A DNA stretch of 64,000 nucleotides, from contig JBEUKZ010000112.1 of assembly GCA_048128005.1 (NCBI GenBank), positions 1 to 64,000 of the forward strand, read 5' to 3'. Positions 11,846-26,800 of this stretch are shown piece after piece. This DNA comes from Veleropilina oligotropha (lineage: Eukaryota). Each line of letters opens with the position of its first letter. The first letter of the stretch is position 1. The notes under the pieces are model-generated. The model had not been told where the DNA came from and did not search any database. It worked only from the letters and a program-made list of their open reading frames with translations. A program made the position numbers and the translations under genes.

Positions 11846-14800
11846 GTGAGAAGAGAAATTCAGTTGTCTGAGTCTCAGCAGTAGTATCATCATTTGACTT
11901 TTCTTTTTGTCCCCCGCCGCCTATCGGGCGGACGGGGGACATAGTATCCGCGTCCGTGAGTCTGTCCCGGATTTTCTCACATCTTTTTTTGCCATTTAGA
12001 GAAATGCGAAACTTGACAGATGAACTAACCACATTATTGGGTAGATCAAGTTCGAATATTGGACATGTATTTTGAAAACATGGGTTTTTTGGTGACTTTT
12101 CAGGATGTTTGAACATAGTCTCTGGAAGCATGGATGTGATGTTCAATTTTTGTCTCGGCCGTAGGGAACGAGACAGGTATTGCTTTTCCCCCTCACTCAC
12201 CCCTCCCCCCCCCCCCCTCATGCTCACTCCCCCCCCCCAAAGTTTAATTATTGAGTGAAGGTTTTGCGTATTGTTTCCAGATGATATATTTATATCTCTC
12301 CACTACAACGTACATCAGTTCAATATTAAACTTCACGTGTAAAAACTTGTTAAACATGTTAATCCTTCAGATTTGTTCACCCTCACCCTCCCCCCCTAAA
12401 ACATTTTTTAATGAAAGTGTTACATGATTTATTTTCGCTGTGCATACACAAAGTTTAATTATTAATGATAGAAAAGAAACAGAAATATTTTTGTAAGTCT
12501 TATGTGTGTATGATGAAAAGGGACATGTGCTTATCTGTAACTTGTGTAAGACTTGCTCACTCCCAATAGGCACAGTAAGCTTTTAAGCTTAATGGTCACT
12601 CTGTGAACCTGGGATTCTCAAAATCAGATGGATTTTGAAAACTGGCTTCCCCACTGGTTTATTCCATGGGTATCTTGAGATGGCAGTGTAATGACAATCA
12701 TTACAAGAACAGACTGTATCCAGTGTCTAATATCACTCTCAGCTGGTCAAGGTTCATGTCATTGTGTCCCCTGACAATAAGCCGGGATACTATAAAGTCA
12801 TGGTTTAGCTGCTACAAATATATTTAATCTCGAGTATATAATAATAAGATTTTGTCTTAATTTCTGTTTCTCTGAAACTTCGTCTTACAATAACTATATT
12901 AGGATCAGCACTGCATAGGTAGTTCTTCTGAATTCTTGCTTTGCAAACTGAATATGTGGCCCCTTTCAAGGTAAGCCGGGGTGGGCGAGACATAATTCTG
13001 CAGAATTTCTTGTTTTCATATTGAGAATATCTAGCTTTCTGAAACTTTACCGATCAATTAATCACGTCATTGGGTAGATCGAGTTAGAATATTGGGAATT
13101 TATTTTGAAATTATTTAGGTTTTTCGTGATATTGAATATAGTCTCTGGAAGCATGGATGTTGTCAATTATTTGTTCAAGTTATGAATCACAGTTGTACAT
13201 AACTGGTCCAAGAGGGTGGGCATTCCTCCCGCGATAATACGGACATGTGCTGGTTTGAACCTAAATAAGTTGGAAATATACAGGACAATAAGCATTGATC
13301 CTTTCCTTTTCGAATGTGGGGAATGTTTTTTTTAAATTGATGGATTTTTTTGCAATTTTATATATAGTCTCTGCAAGCATGGATGTGGTCAATTTTCTCA
13401 CATGCCCTTATTTCATTTACAGAAGTGCTAGCTTTCTGAAACTACAGATCAACTAACCCCATCATGGGGTAGATCAAGTTCAAATATTGGGGATTTTTTA
13501 AACCTTCAAGGCTTGATTTAATGCTGAATTTTGCTGATTTAAAACAACATCGTCTCTGCATGTATGAAATTTATCAATTTTCTCACAATTAGATTTTCCA
13601 TTTGGAAAATTGTTAGCTTTCTGAAACTTCACAGACCAACTAACCACAATGTGATAATGGGATGGATCAAGTTCGAATAATGAGAATTATTTAATTTACT
13701 GAAGTATTTACACTTAGTCTCTGGGTGCATATCTATCTCTGTAGCCTCTGGTGGCAGGAAATCTTGCTTAATTAATTATGAATTCTCATTGAGTTACTGC
13801 ATACACAGTGGGCAAAAATATATGTGGTCAATAATACTGGTGGGGGACAATCGCCACTTAGTGGAAATCACTTGTTATTATTGCATTTGCCCAATAAGAA
13901 ATACTATGGTATTTTCACTAGCGATCATCTAGATTAATTATTTGCACCCTCAGGCACATTTGGGCTTAATTACTAATAAAAGTATTCATTTGGACATGTA
14001 TAAGTTCAATAATAGTGTTATGCTGAACTTTATTTCCATGATAATTTCAAGTAATACCACTGCGCCTCATTCTTTTTTGCTACATATGATCATTGTGCAT
14101 TTTCACCTCTTCCCCTTTAGGTTACAATGCCACTGTTCTTGCCTATGGTCAGACGGGCAGCGGGAAGACCCATACGATGGGAGGCTGCTACGCAGATAGC
14201 CTCAGCCAAGATGAGGCTGCTATGGGTGTCATCCCCAGAGTCCTACGGGATCTGTTTGGTGGCATTGTAGAAAAGGAGGACTCCGACTTCAGGGTCAGGG
14301 TGTCATACCTGGAGGTTTGTTGATAATGATACATAATGATTAACAGATATACTGCATATGATAGGCTGTTCAAGTGTTGGTGTAAGTTTTGTGTGGTAAA
14401 GTTCAGTACATTTGCCGCTTTAGTCACTACCTTTCCCGTTACGACACTGCTGCTATATCATAGTATGACACTCGGATGGTATCAGTCAGGTGCTGCTATA
14501 TCATAGTATGACACTCGGATGGTATCAGTCATGTGCTGCTATATCATAGTATGACACTCAGACAGTATCAGTCATGTGCTGCTATATCATAGTATGACAC
14601 TCAGATGGTATCAGTCATGATAGTCGATATAAAAGACCAAGGAGGTTGGATTTATCTTCCGTTATAAAATGGATGTCATTCTACAGGATCATCTAAAAAA
14701 CATTATTGAATATATTCTGGTAGCAATTTGTTGCATATTATTATATATATTTGGTAGGATGTGGAAATGCACTAATTAAATAAATTGTCTGAGGACAATT

Positions 14801-17800
14801 ATTCAATGAGTTTTGCAAGGTCTAGTTTTCTGCTTGATTAACACAAGACATCTTTTATTTCTTTTCAGATATACAATGAAGACATACACGACCTTCTGTG
14901 CCCTCCAAGCAAGAGAGAACCATTGTCCGTTAGAGAGGATACTGGTGGTGAAATAATGGTGGGTCACATATTGAGAGTTGTGTTTTCAATGTTTGCTAAT
15001 GACATTTTAAGAAATAAATGTGACAAATTTAGCACAACGTTAAGCAGCTGCCATGGTTGAAGGTTCTCACAGTCATAGACAAACATGGAAAAATCATAAA
15101 ATCCTAACGAATAGAAATAACCAGGAGTAGATTCAGATGGCTGTATGGAGTCTTGTTAAAAATATATGGATACATGTGTAAAGATGGGTCTGCCCTGGCT
15201 AATATCATTATTAATGTCTGGCTTTCTGTTCTCGTAACAGCTTCATGACTTTTATATTATAATAACATTGTTATGTTGTGTTCCCATCAGATTCATGGTC
15301 TGCGTGAAATCGAAGTGTCCAGCTTTGAGGAGACGATGCAGTGCCTGGAACGAGGCTCCCAGGGCAGGACTACCGGCGCCACCGCCATGAATGACACGTC
15401 CAGCCGCTCCCACGCGATCTTCACCATCCACGTTGAGCAGCGGCAGAAGAACCAAGATGTGTACGGCTTCTTTTATATTACAGTAGTATATAATAGTATA
15501 TATGGGATATTTTTCTTGTACGTCGTCTTGAATAGCCACTCTCTACACAAATGAAGATAGGGATATTTCAAATACCACAGAAATTTGAATATACCAAATG
15601 CATTATTTGGAGTTTAGATAATTCTTATTATTCTGTATACTTACAATAATTGCTTTTAATACTTGAATGGTGATCAATTCTTTAATGTAGCTAATAACTA
15701 TTACCAAATTATAAATTTATGTTTTACTTTAAGAAGCATCTATAGGTCAATCTTATCTAACACAATCAGAAGACGGGCTTAAACTTATGTTAATATATGT
15801 AAACCTGTCCAATAAAAGAGCATGTTATGGCTGATAACTAGTTTATAATACTGTAGTGTGTTCATGTCTTATGATATTGCAGGGATGATTTCTGCAAGTC
15901 CAAGTTTCACCTAGTGGACCTAGCCGGATCGGAGAGAGCCAAGCGGACACAGGCGGAGGGAGAGCGCATGAAGGAAGGTATCAATTTACATTGAAATATC
16001 ATTACATGTCAGGCAATATTAGCATTAACTGCTATCCTTTTAAACTATTATGCCTTCTTCATTATTGTGCAACAGAACTGCTGTCTGGTATAAATGCAAT
16101 TGATTCTTTACAATGTGTTCCATATTAAAAATGGACAAGGTTAGCTTCGGCTTATAAATCAAATTTGCCAATAGACACCATCTTATAATCTGGTAGTGAT
16201 ATCGAATCGAAATTATTAAATATAAATAATGCTTTTTCGGCTACGGTTTGCATCAGAGGTATTGTGCAAGGCTGTTGATGCTTCCATTTCTAACAGGCGC
16301 TTGTTTGTTTTGCAGGAATTAATATTAACAAAGGCCTCCTGGCGCTGGGGAATGTGATATCGGCCCTGGGCGAGGAAAGTCAGAAGAGGAGTCACATTCC
16401 ATACAGAGACACAAAGCTCACGCGACTGCTGCAAGGTAAACCTTCACTGATGGACGGTCAGATGCGTTTGTCTGGTCCAGTGCATGGGAATCTTCGGTCT
16501 TGGTATGGTTATTCTGTATTCTTGAAGAGTCAGATATTCTCTGAGTCTCTCGATTGCAAGGAATGTCGAAGATAACGGGATATTTAAAAAAAAAATTCAT
16601 TATGAGTTATCAAAGCAAAATAGAATTGATGGTTTTATTCCATATTTATTAAAACGTGTTCTATAATCGCACAATTGATTATTTCATAAATAACGCATGC
16701 CTGCAGTATCATGAACCGCGACACAATTTGAGCCGAATCTGGGCATTTCCTATGACCTTTTGCAAGTAAATAAGTGCCTACGAAGTACAAGCGTTAATTG
16801 TGTGAAAAACTTTCAATGTCTGGTACAATTAGTGTTTCCTTTGGTGATCACTGACATCAATAAAGATTAAGAACAATACAAATCACCATAATTAGCTCAG
16901 TATTTTTCATTCCTTATTAAGTTAATGAACATGTGCTCAAATGAATCATCCCCACTGCTTTAGGACTTAATATAATTATGTAAACAAACACTTCATTGAT
17001 ATATTTATAAAAGTGAAAGTAGATTAATTACAAAGGTAATTAATTGACCAGGATTTATAATTAGCTGTCGGTGTGATTTGATTATGCATGACAAGCCGGG
17101 TCTGTTGTGATTGTAGCGACCTGCAAATAATTTGATTACATTTACAGTTTGATGCTTGCAATTGATAATACAATTATGTCCATGTTATTAAACAGTTTAA
17201 TGAATAATTGATATACCAGAAGGATACATAAGGATATTAATAGTATATGTTGAGGTGTCTTCGAGGATCAGTTTTACATCTTATCATTAATTGTAGATTC
17301 TCTTGGTGGGAACAGCCATACAGTGATGATAGCTTGTGCCAGTCCCGCTGATTGTAACATGGAGGAGACTCTCAATACATTCCGATATGCAGACAGGGCG
17401 CGGAAGATAAAAAACAAACCCGTTGTGAATCGAGATCCACAGACAGCCGAGATACTGCGACTGAAGCAGCTGGTAAGATCCATTGTTAAACTCGGAGGAG
17501 GTGCATGATTCTCGCCAGCGTTTACAGGGTTGCCCCAGTGGTCGAGTGCATTACCCAATGGTTAGCTGTAGATTGTGAATCTATATTATTTATTGCTTGG
17601 TTGTTTTAAATTAGTTATTGTATGAAATCAAGTTTTCATGCCAAGTCGAGCAATATCTTCCTATCTAATCGTGTTATTATCTTACTATCTAATCGTGTTA
17701 TTTTAGGTCCAACAGCTACAATTACAAGTTCTACAAAATGGAGGTTATGCCATTAGTGCTTCAATTGACGTGACGTCAACGTGAGTATGACACCGACACT

Positions 17801-20800
17801 GCATGAAGTTATCTAGGATGAAATTATTCCTTTGGTTTATACTAATACTAGCCTCATATTATTCTGATTTTGCTTCAAACTGATATTTCCTTCAATTTTC
17901 AATTCAGATTAGAAAGTTGCAAATATTATACATGTAAAATTCGCCACTTCATGGTAAGTATGTGGCGTAAGCATATCGCGTAAGCATGTCGCGTAAGCAT
18001 ATCTTGTCATTTGCCATACACATCAGGGATTTCCTTTTTGAGAATCCAGCTTTGAGGACTGTTTGTTTTTAGTACTCTAGATCGGTACGAAATACGGTGT
18101 GAAATATTATTGTTCTTTCACAAAACTATTGGCCTTTTATTTGTCTAAATGACTTCACTTGTTACACTCGACATCAACTTTAATATTGAGTGTCTGTAGC
18201 AGATGCCAAGTTTTAGTGTATGTTTCAACGTAGACAAACAATCGTTTTCTGTAATCCATGAAAAATCACGTCTTCTATATGGTGTATATTTGCTATGTGA
18301 TACGGAATTAAAAGAGCATAAAATATTTTATTTTTAAATCAACATGAAACTTATCGTGCAGTATCTTGTTTGATCCATGCAGAAGTTTATCCTTCCTGTA
18401 ATATTTTTGTAGGTAATAGATAATACACTACCAGCTTGAGGCGTTATAATTCACAGAGCAGACCGGGTGAGAACGAGACTGCTATGTTATAACGCCGAGG
18501 GGTGGCAGCTGTATTATCTGTTATGCTCAGCACGAAAATATATTGTATGTTGCAAGCTGTCACCCCTTAAAACATTCAATTGCCCAACATAACTGGCTCT
18601 AGACGTGTTATGAGAATTTCTCGGAAAGTAGAGTCTTCCATTGGCAAGTTGTCATTCCTTTGTCTCTCAATTTAGTCTGGTTAGCTGGCCGAGTTAACCA
18701 TTGACAGAGAATAATTGGTCAATTAACGCTAGGAGGCCTATTGTTCAAATAATCCTCCTCATGGTGTGTATGGCACAAATAAATATTTGTATCAAACTCG
18801 CCGCGACTGAATTACGTTAAATATCCAACTATCTTTAGTTTATTTTTTAGGAATGCATCATCAGATGATTTGTTTGTGTCAAACTCGCCCGACTGAATAA
18901 CGTTAAATATCAAACTATCTTTAGTTTATTTTTTAGGAATGCATCATCATCAGATGATTACAAAAAACTTCGAGAAAGAAATCTTGTGCTGGAGGTTTGT
19001 ATTACTTAAACGATAAAAATCGTGACTTCTTCTTTTCCTTTCTCTGTAATATTCTAAAGTATACCTGTTTGCGAATATTTATAGCTTTAGCCAAACAAGC
19101 ATAGTTATAGTCAGAGATCTTAGATCAATGATTAATTAAATTTGCCTAATTAATATATTGTACAGGTATGGAATTTCCTATTTTAACAGGACGAGAACAG
19201 TAAGCTCTCACGTGAGCTGCAGGTATCCGTGGATCAGAGTTCCCGTATCCTGGAGAAGAACATCACCCTGGACATGATGTGTAACGACTTCCGACAGAGG
19301 ATGGAGAAACTCAAGCAGACAGGGTTAGTGTGAAAATATCAGCTGGAATATTATTGGTTAACTCTGACTTATGTTATAAATAAATGCTGGGTTACCTTCT
19401 GTTATGGCAAATTTGTCATGGTAACTTCAATTTAGATGTTGCAAGGAGCTTCCGTCCAGACCATATTTCGGCTTCTATAAATACATATACCAGCTCATTT
19501 AATTTGGTATACTTAATCACGTTTGACAATGACAATATATGAAGTATGGCATCGCCGCATGACTTAGTAAACACTTTAAACTAATACTTACAGAAGTGTA
19601 GCTTGAAATCTGCTAACTGTCCTACGAACAAATATGTTGCACCTAGGTCCGGACTACATCTGGCTAATTATAGGCAATACCATGAAATTTGGTTGTCTAA
19701 TCAAAGAAGCCTGCAGTTAAAACACGTGGTGCCGAGTAGTTGTTTAACTTCATGGGCTTCTCAGTTTAGACAACAAAAAATGATAATAAAACTGACTTGA
19801 ACCATTGCAAAAATGTGCATTAATTTAAAATTTATGATTTAACTAAACCCATTTTTAGTGTAGAAAGTAGTCTCCCGTGGTCTAACTAACAATATGGTTA
19901 AGGCCAACACAGTAGAATGACGTAACAATAATGGTTTTAATTAAATAATTGTTAAACGTGGTCCTAAAATTATCAATAAATAACACTTAATCCAGTGTTT
20001 GTAACTCGTCGGGTTTTCTGACAAAAATCGGATTCAGACAATTTTATCGGTTATCGTCGGATTTGCGTGATTTTGCGTCTTCTGCGTCAGGATTTGATAC
20101 ATTTCCCACTAACTTTAAAATTATTACAATTAAAATACAAATACTAGTACGTAAATACTCTGTACATTCCATATGCCAAATATTACGATAATTGTGTTCC
20201 TGATATTTAATCGAACTTGATTTTCTGACATCGTACAAGGGCCGATTTGTACAAGGCTTCTGCCGTACAATTTCCCGATGATTTTTGTTTACATAGTCCG
20301 TCTTTTCCCGATGAATCTTTGTCAGCTCGTTTACTTCCGTAATCAATTCATTACCATTGAAACAATGCTCGGGGAAGAGTGCTTTCCTGGTTACCTCCCC
20401 TAACAGCACGCTATTTTAATCTGGAGTGAAAGTTCGGCGATTCAATGTAACATCAACTTATTCCGTTATCGAAAACTTTATTTAAAACTATAAAGCATCG
20501 TCTCTCACATGAAATAAAATAATGTACAATCATAAGTCAAAATTAAAAAAAAACAATTTATTTAACACACTCTCGCGTGATAGGGCCATGTGCGAATTTG
20601 AAAGCTGAAGTAAAAATGGGTTTACACTCCTGTAGGGCCCCGTTTCACAAAAAATCGTAGACGTAATAGAATCTTACGACAATTTTTGATTGGCTGTCTA
20701 AGTTTAACAGCCAGTCAAAAATTGTCGTAAGATTCATTACGTCTACGATTTTTTGTGAAACTGGGCCCAGCGCCGATTTATTGAAGACGGTCGACCCAAA

Positions 20801-23800
20801 TGGTGGTTTGTATGGTGATTGGATTGTGAAAAAGACTCATTTAACGTAACTTGTGTGTTTTGTATGTCAAATATATGCATTAAAGAGGGTGAAAAGGCAC
20901 TTGACAATTAAATTTTGATTTGTGGAGTCGCAATAATTGTACAAACATATCAATACCGAGTTGAGCATTGGTTGCAGAAGTTGTGAGCATTACATGTATT
21001 ACTGCGTTTTGGTAAGAAAACAGCAGAAATGAACCATTTAATTGAAAAACTTTAATGTGCATGTGCTGACCTTGTAAAATATATAAAATTTATACTAAGT
21101 ATTTGGGTGAAATATGCCTGAAGTGCCAGGAAACACCATTTTATAAGGTATATTTGTCAAAATTTCCTTCGCCGCGGGGAACTATGGGCCCCGAGGTGAA
21201 AAGTAGGATATTTATGTTGTCAATGTTACAAACACTGTAATCTGTTTCTTATAGCTTGGATATAGAGTTATTGAGCTCCAGCATTAATGTGGACACTCAT
21301 CCGGAGGCGAGGGAGCAGCTGGATATTATAAGAAAACTCACGGAGGACATAAAGGAGAGCAAGGTAGGGAAATAAATATTGATATTACAACAGCTATTTG
21401 GTGCTTTATTTTCTAAACATTGGTAATATTCACAGCTATGCATATATAGTATTAATTATACGTTATTAATTAGTTGTACAATAGATCTGTCCTTTCTATG
21501 AAAGTCAAATTACATGAATGATAGTTCTATCAGAGTTTTCACCATGTATGATGATATATTTGGGTCCACCTTGACAGCATGATCACTTAAGTTACACAAA
21601 ATTAAAAACACAAATCTTACCTACGGTTTCAATTATTGGTTAAGATTTATTGTTGCCTGCTTCCAGCATGGGCTGGTTGACTCTGATGGGATTTCTAAAT
21701 GATTTTCTAAAATTCTTTCTAACTGGATAACAATTTCGTTTAGTTCGATGCTTCAAGTAGCACTTTTTTAACACCCTTCATAGTCATACCAAATCATATT
21801 ACCATGAGAAGAAACCCCGGGATAACCTGCCTGTTACTGACAACAGTGAACGTTAATTGAAAAAGTGCGAGGCTTGAAACCCACTCCTGTTAGACAGAGC
21901 AGTCTGGCGAATGAATTGAGAGCCACGCTCTTTTCCATGATGCCACCGATGCAGACCAACAGATAACAGACGTGTTCACAAAATTAAAATACTGTAGCCA
22001 TTTATGAGGACAATTGACTTTCATCTGTATACTTTTGTGTTCCAGCCCGAGAACATTCCGGATGTGATATTTGATGTGGAGGACGTCCTTGACCCCTCGG
22101 ACAGCGAGGCTCGGACGGAGACCCCTGCCAGCAAGGCGTTCTCCACGCAGTACGCGCTGCGGCAGGCTGAGATGAGCAGGGAGCTGCAGGAGCTCAACAG
22201 GCTGCTCTCTAGCAAGGAGGAACTGGCCAATCAGATGACTCGGAACGAAGACAAGCTGGAGACCGTGCGCGTGGAGTACCAGGTGTGCTGATTGGCTGTT
22301 TTTGTTTGACAATTCCGTTTGCATTCTCCGTGCCTTTTATTGTTGTATTAACAACAGTCGTGTTTTATTTTCCTGATATGTTGATATGTTCACATCATTA
22401 AATGATTTTGTGTCATTTTAATGTTAGTGGCTCTCACAAATTTAAAATTATGTTGTTTTGTTTTCTTAACCCATTAATTGCTTGGATCTGGATTACGAAA
22501 GAAATGCTTTATATCAGGTTCATTCTTTTCAGACATTGGTTAGACCTATGTTGCAATCAATTGTATACTCCGAAACGATATTGTATACTTTGAAAAAAGC
22601 TATAAAAGGGTACATTGAAGGTAGTAATCATACAGTTGTATATTATATCAGATTATATAAAATCTATTCAGCAGTTAAAAGGGCTAATAATCTTATTATT
22701 TGATTTTTCACTTGACTGTCTTGTTTTGATTTTATACGACTACAAATTTTATTTATTTTGCTCATTATCCATAGAATGCAACTAAGGATATGGAAAATGA
22801 AATCCTTGTCCTGCAGAAAGAGAGAGACACCCTCTTCCAAGCCTTACAAGATGCTAAAACGAACTCTGCGGCTAACAAGTAAGGACTGCAAAGAGTTAAC
22901 ATTGCCCATGCGCTACAATGAAACAATGGGGAAAGCTGCGCACTATGGATTTAATACTAACAGTAAAACGTAAACGGGTGGGGGGAGGATTAAGTCTTTT
23001 TTCTGTGTGCAGCTCACACATCACACTCGTATTATGGACTTGTTGTAGAGTGTGGATTCATCTGTGTTGTTGCACGAAGGCCCATTTCTTGAAAAAATAT
23101 TAAACAAGATAAAATAGCCACCATGTTTTTGAGGCTATGAAAGTTGTCAGAATCTTAAAACCTGTGTCAGAGTGTTTGTTTAAGATTTCCCATTATTTAT
23201 CATCGTCTCCTTTACAGACAGTGTAAATTCAATTTGTTTCTCCCCGATATGACACTGAAATATTACCGATATCTTGGTTATCATATCTGCTCATATTTTC
23301 AGGGTTAGCGAGCATCGCCGAAAGCGACTACAGGAGTTGGAGCAGCAGCTGGGCCAGCTCAAGAAAAAGCTGACCGGCCAGTCCAAGATGCTGAAGATGA
23401 AGGAGCAGAGCGACAAACACGTGACCAAGCTCAACACGGACATTGTGGTCAGTGCCGCATTGCTAATGCGTTCCCTGTCCGCAAACGTGGATATGGCCCC
23501 GTTGTAATGCTGTATTCGTTACCTATCATGTTTACCGTAAACACGATGTCACCAGTCGGAAATAGCATTCGTTACCGCTCGGTAGCAGTATTTCCCACTT
23601 GTGAACTCGGTTAGCTAGCAGCATATCGAGTTCACGACTTGTAAAATGAAAATGGCGGACATCGGTGTAAATTTTGATAGATGCTATTTTTGACATATCT
23701 AAATATCGCAATTTTAAAATAAAAACGTTATTGAATTTGGTGGTAATGGCTAGAAATTAGTTTAGTGATAACGGGAAACATTGGTAAGGGCTATTCCAGT

Positions 23801-26800
23801 AAAATATCTACCCCGGATGCCAGCTTAATAAACTTCTATGCATGGTGGGGTGTCGCAGAACAACGCAACTGTACCATGTGGTGGTGGTCGGAAAAACGCT
23901 TCTGTGCATGGTGGTACATTCATCAACTTTTCAAATAAAATATCTCAAAGGTCCATTCATTGAATGGTAATAAAATGTCGTTTTTGCAGTTTCGACAGAT
24001 AAGGATAGAGTGGGTCGAAAGTGCTTAATAGTCGAAATTTGTGTGCATTTTGCGTTCTGCATGGCTACTTTATCCATTAATGTATCGTACTGGGTTCTTG
24101 TACTGTAGTTATTGAAAACACCTTTAACATATGAATAAAAGTATATTTACCAACCTCTATCTGTTGATGTTTATGTGTAATCCCCTAAAAAGTGCTATGT
24201 GTACACTTATTTAATCATAATATAGCTCCAAAACCCGATAGTTTCCCATAACATGCCGCATGTCAAAATATCCGCCATTTTCTAAGCTTCCTTGTTATCG
24301 CAATGAAATGATCTGTAATGAACTATGACCTGACAAATCAGCATTAATTATGCATCTTAACTATGGAATCTTTCATACAGTATATGGCTCAGCAAAGGGT
24401 TATATTTTCCTCGCAAGGCCTCGATTCGATGTCGACAAATCGATTTAACATTGCGCCTATTTTTCGGAAACAGTCGGGATGATTCCAAATGTATTCAACT
24501 TCGGGACATTACGGAAATGAGGTCATCCCTCAATAACAGCAAATTGTTATCTATAACCAGCCTGGATATTAAATTTTTTTTAACTCTGACAACCACCCTT
24601 CAATAAATAAAAAATGTCAGCAAGTAACCACCATCTGTTTTTAAGGGGATCGTTCGGGTATCGATAGCATGAAATTAGCCAATTTTGCAAAAATGAAATA
24701 TTTGTTTATGCCGTAAATATGTCTATAAACCACTGTTTATGAATTGTTGTCTGTTTTGTTTTTACTTGCCTGTATACATGTGAGTAAACAATCTTTTTGT
24801 GCCTCGTTTGCCTAATTTTATTCCGCTATAAGTCGTTTTATCGATCGAAAGATCGATTTTATAAACTGGTCCAACTTTCTTCAGCCATCTTTGTTTTGGA
24901 TAAATTTGGTCTATTAAGAAAGCGTGATTTTCCGATATTTCAGTCAGCTCATTGATTTAAACAATATTTATTTGTTCATTACATACATGTATACATTTCA
25001 GTTTAAGGAAGTAGTGGCGATCGGGCAACAGGCCAAAGCCTATATAAGCCATTTCGCCAGTTGTACAAAATAACCGTGCGAGCTGGTAATAAGACACAAA
25101 ATATTGCCGTGATATTCAAAAGAAAGACAAGTAGGACAACGCCATTGTAGATAGAATTGGATATGAAATACATTAGATAATTCGTAACTATCTAGTACAG
25201 AACTAGTGTATTTAAATAAGAATTAATACAATAGTGCATACATCGCATACAAATAGACGTAACTGCCAATAAGGAAACTACACATAAGCAACTATTGTAA
25301 TGGAATTTTATTTGCAATGTTCTATAAGAAGCGCTTAGTGCGTTTGATAAAATTCTGAAAAGCATTGAATATTTGGATGTTGAATTCTTCGGTGTAATGG
25401 ATATTTCCACAGATGTATTCATAACAGGTTAATATACCAACATCTTGAAAAAGTTTATGGCGATGCTCATCATGTAGTGGGCAGTGCAGAATAAAATGAT
25501 TTTGATCTTCAATTTGATACCCGCATTGACAAGCCGGGTCGTTAATAACGTTGATTTGAAATAATTTTGAGTTTAGAAGACTGCAATTATTTCTGAGTCT
25601 AGTATGGGCTATGCTAGAAGAACGATCAAGTTCGTACATAAAATAAGAAGGAACACTAGTTAAGACTGAAATTACATTTTTAAAGCAAGGCAAGGTGGCA
25701 CATGTACGGATATTACTGGGAAGACTGTTCCATTCTCGAATTGTTTGCGGGAAAAAAGACCGATTGAATGATTCGGTTCTTGTTACAGGAAGAGTTATCA
25801 TGTTCGCATTTCTGACCGGATATGGGTTTAGGAAATTACGTTCAGGTGGCAGAATAATTGTCAAAAATTGCGGGGCATCATTACCCTTAATTTTATAGAG
25901 CATAGACAGACGTTTAATACGTCTTCTCTCTTTTAATGAACTAATACCTCCTTCGTGTAAAAGCTTGTCCAGCGAACACCATTGCGGTAGACCAGTTATA
26001 ATTCTCAAGGCTTCGTATTGGATATTTTCAATACGGTTTGATTGTTCATTCGTACAGTTGTCCCAAACAATACTACAGTATTCTAAAATAGGCCGTATAT
26101 ATGCAATATACATAATTTTTAGGACCTTTCTACTAAATTTATATTTATTATATCTTAAAAGTCCCAAACGTTTCGATGCTTTTGTTGCAATTTCATCTAT
26201 GTGTTGACACCAATCTCCGTGATTATTAAGAATAAGGCCCAAGTGTTTATGTGACATTACTATTTTAACAGGAATTCCATCGAGCAATGGTCGAGGTGCA
26301 ATAGCATTAGATGATCTGGTAATGAACATACATTCGGTTTTCGTCGGATTAAAATTTATCTTCCATTTCACTGACCATTTGTAAATCTTTTCTAAGTCCG
26401 AGTTGATTGTGTCAGTAATATCTGTGGATGGCATGTGTGAAAGTAGCAATGTAGTGTCATCAGCAAAAAGACGTACATTGGATATTAATTCGTTGTGAAT
26501 GTCGTTAATATATACTAGAAACAAAAGAGGGCCAAGGACAGACCCTTGTGAACACCTGAATTGGGATACCCCCATTCGGATAAACTACCATCAACTAGCA
26601 CTCTCTGTTTTCTGTCACGTAGGTAATCGATAAACCAGTTAAGAAGTCTTCCTGATATGCCTACTTCTTGTAACTTCAGGATTAGACCCTTGTGCCACAC
26701 TCTATCGAATGCCTTTGAAACATCACAGTAAATAGAAATTATACAGTTTCCTTTATCCATTTCTGATAATATATAATGATAAATTTCTAAGAGTTGAGTT

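Noticed and set aside
21894..21975. Possible extra KIF4 exon upstream of exon 12
   Set aside because: All three frames hit stops before a convincing donor, and exons 11 and 12 join in phase without it.
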